Positions 62,790-64,000 of a stretch of 64,000 nucleotides of DNA are shown here, one piece after another; position 1 is the stretch's first letter; every line of letters begins with the position of its first letter. Below the pieces are notes generated by a model. It ran no database searches and was not told the origin of the DNA. It saw nothing but the letters and a program-made list of their open reading frames with translations. A program made the position numbers and the translations under genes. The DNA is from the human T2T-CHM13v2.0 reference genome, Homo sapiens: assembly GCF_009914755.1 (NCBI RefSeq), contig NC_060930.1; one strand, given 5' to 3'.

Positions 62790-62924
62790 GTAAGTACTTT
62801 CCTCCCCTGTTCTCAGTAGAGAGTTTAAACTTACCAGCCCAGCCTCTGACAACGCTAACAGCCTGAGGAGATCTTTATTTATTTATTTAGTTTTTACTCT
62901 GGCTAGGCAGATGGTGGCTAAAAC

Positions 62925-63510
62925 ATTCATTTACCCATTTATTCATTTAATTGTTCCTGCAAGGCCTATGGATAGAGTATTGTCCAGCACTGCTCTGGAA
63001 GCTAGGAGCATGGGGATGAACAAGATAGGCTACATCCTGTTCTCACAGAACTTCCACTTTAGTCTGGGAAACAGATGATATATACAAATATATAAATGAA
63101 TTCAGGTAGTTTTAAGTACGAAAAGAATAAGAAAGCAGAGTCATGATTTAGAGTGCTGGAAACAGGGCTATTGCTTGAGATAGGAAGGTGTATCTGAGGT
63201 GACACTGAGCAGAGATCTGATGGAGAGAGGTAGTGAGCTGTGGAGTGATGTGGGGAAGACAGTTCCAGACAGAGGGAACAGCAAGAGCGAAGGCTCAGAG
63301 CAAGCTTGGTGTGTTCCCAGCAGAACAGAAGGCCTGGGAAAAGATAAGGGAGAGGGGTAACAAGGGCTCAGAGTACAACATGCTCTTCTAGTCACAGTGA
63401 GGGACTCGGCTCTCCTTCCCACTGTGATGGGAAGCCACCCGGGGTCACCGGGCAGAGGACTCAGGGCGATTTGATTTATGCTTTTAAAAAGGTCCCCTGG
63501 CTGAGCTGAC
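62925..63510. mobile_element. L2 fragment
   Basis: cattcatttacccatttattcatt...cagcactgctct...gttccagacagagggaacagcaag...gatgggaagccac. Confidence 0.7.
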
Positions 63511-63554
63511 TCAGTCACCAGCCACCCTTCTTCTTTCTGTAAAATGCGGCCTGA

Positions 63555-64000
63555 GGATATCACCTCATATCCATTGGGATGGCTACTATCCAAAGAACAG
63601 GAATTAACAAGTACTGGTTAGGATGGGGAGAAACTGGAGCCTCTACGCACTGTTGATGGGAATGTAAAATGATGCAGGCACTGTGGAAAACAGTGTGTTG
63701 GCTCCTCAAAAAAAAAAAAAAATGGAACTACTGTAGATCCAACAATTTCACTTCTATGTATATCCCCCAAATTTAAAAGCAGCATCTCCAAGAGACACCC
63801 ATGTTCATAGCAGCATTATTCACAATAGCCACGAGGTGGAAGCAACCCAAGTGTGCATTGACAGATACACTAAATGTGGTCTGTACATACAATGGAATAT
63901 TATTCAGCCTTGAAAAGGAAGGAAATGCTGTTACATGCTGTAGTATGGATGAACCTTGAGGACATTATGCTAAGTGAAATAAGCCAGACACAAAAAGACA
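63555..64000 (+). mobile_element. L1MB-like fragment (continues beyond the window)
   Basis: gatatcacctcatatccattgggatggctact...cccatgttcatagcagcattattcacaatagcc...gaaccttgaggacattatgctaagtgaaataagccag. Confidence 0.85.

Overview
Primate (almost certainly human) genomic DNA containing the 5' part of CAP2 (adenylyl cyclase-associated protein 2) on the + strand. It includes a CpG-island promoter with non-coding exon 1 (donor after 29844), a ~27.8 kb intron 1, coding exon 2 (57654-57775, ATG at 57655) and coding exon 3 (62689-62789); the gene continues past the window end. Upstream is a heavily decayed, intronless esterase D (ESD) processed pseudogene (~17500-18410). The rest is mostly interspersed repeats: roughly 55-60 Alus (including a near-consensus AluYa5), L1 3' ends, MaLR LTRs, Tigger and hAT-Charlie elements, L2/MIR. 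Almost every ORF in the supplied track is repeat-derived. I see no evidence for a wholly new biological system. The most unusual unexplained structure is a ~320-bp inverted duplication (9438-9757 / 11160-11769) that may mark an old inversion. The other findings are testable splicing, polyadenylation and regulatory hypotheses. Repeat subfamily names and boundaries come from recall and inspection by eye and are approximate.
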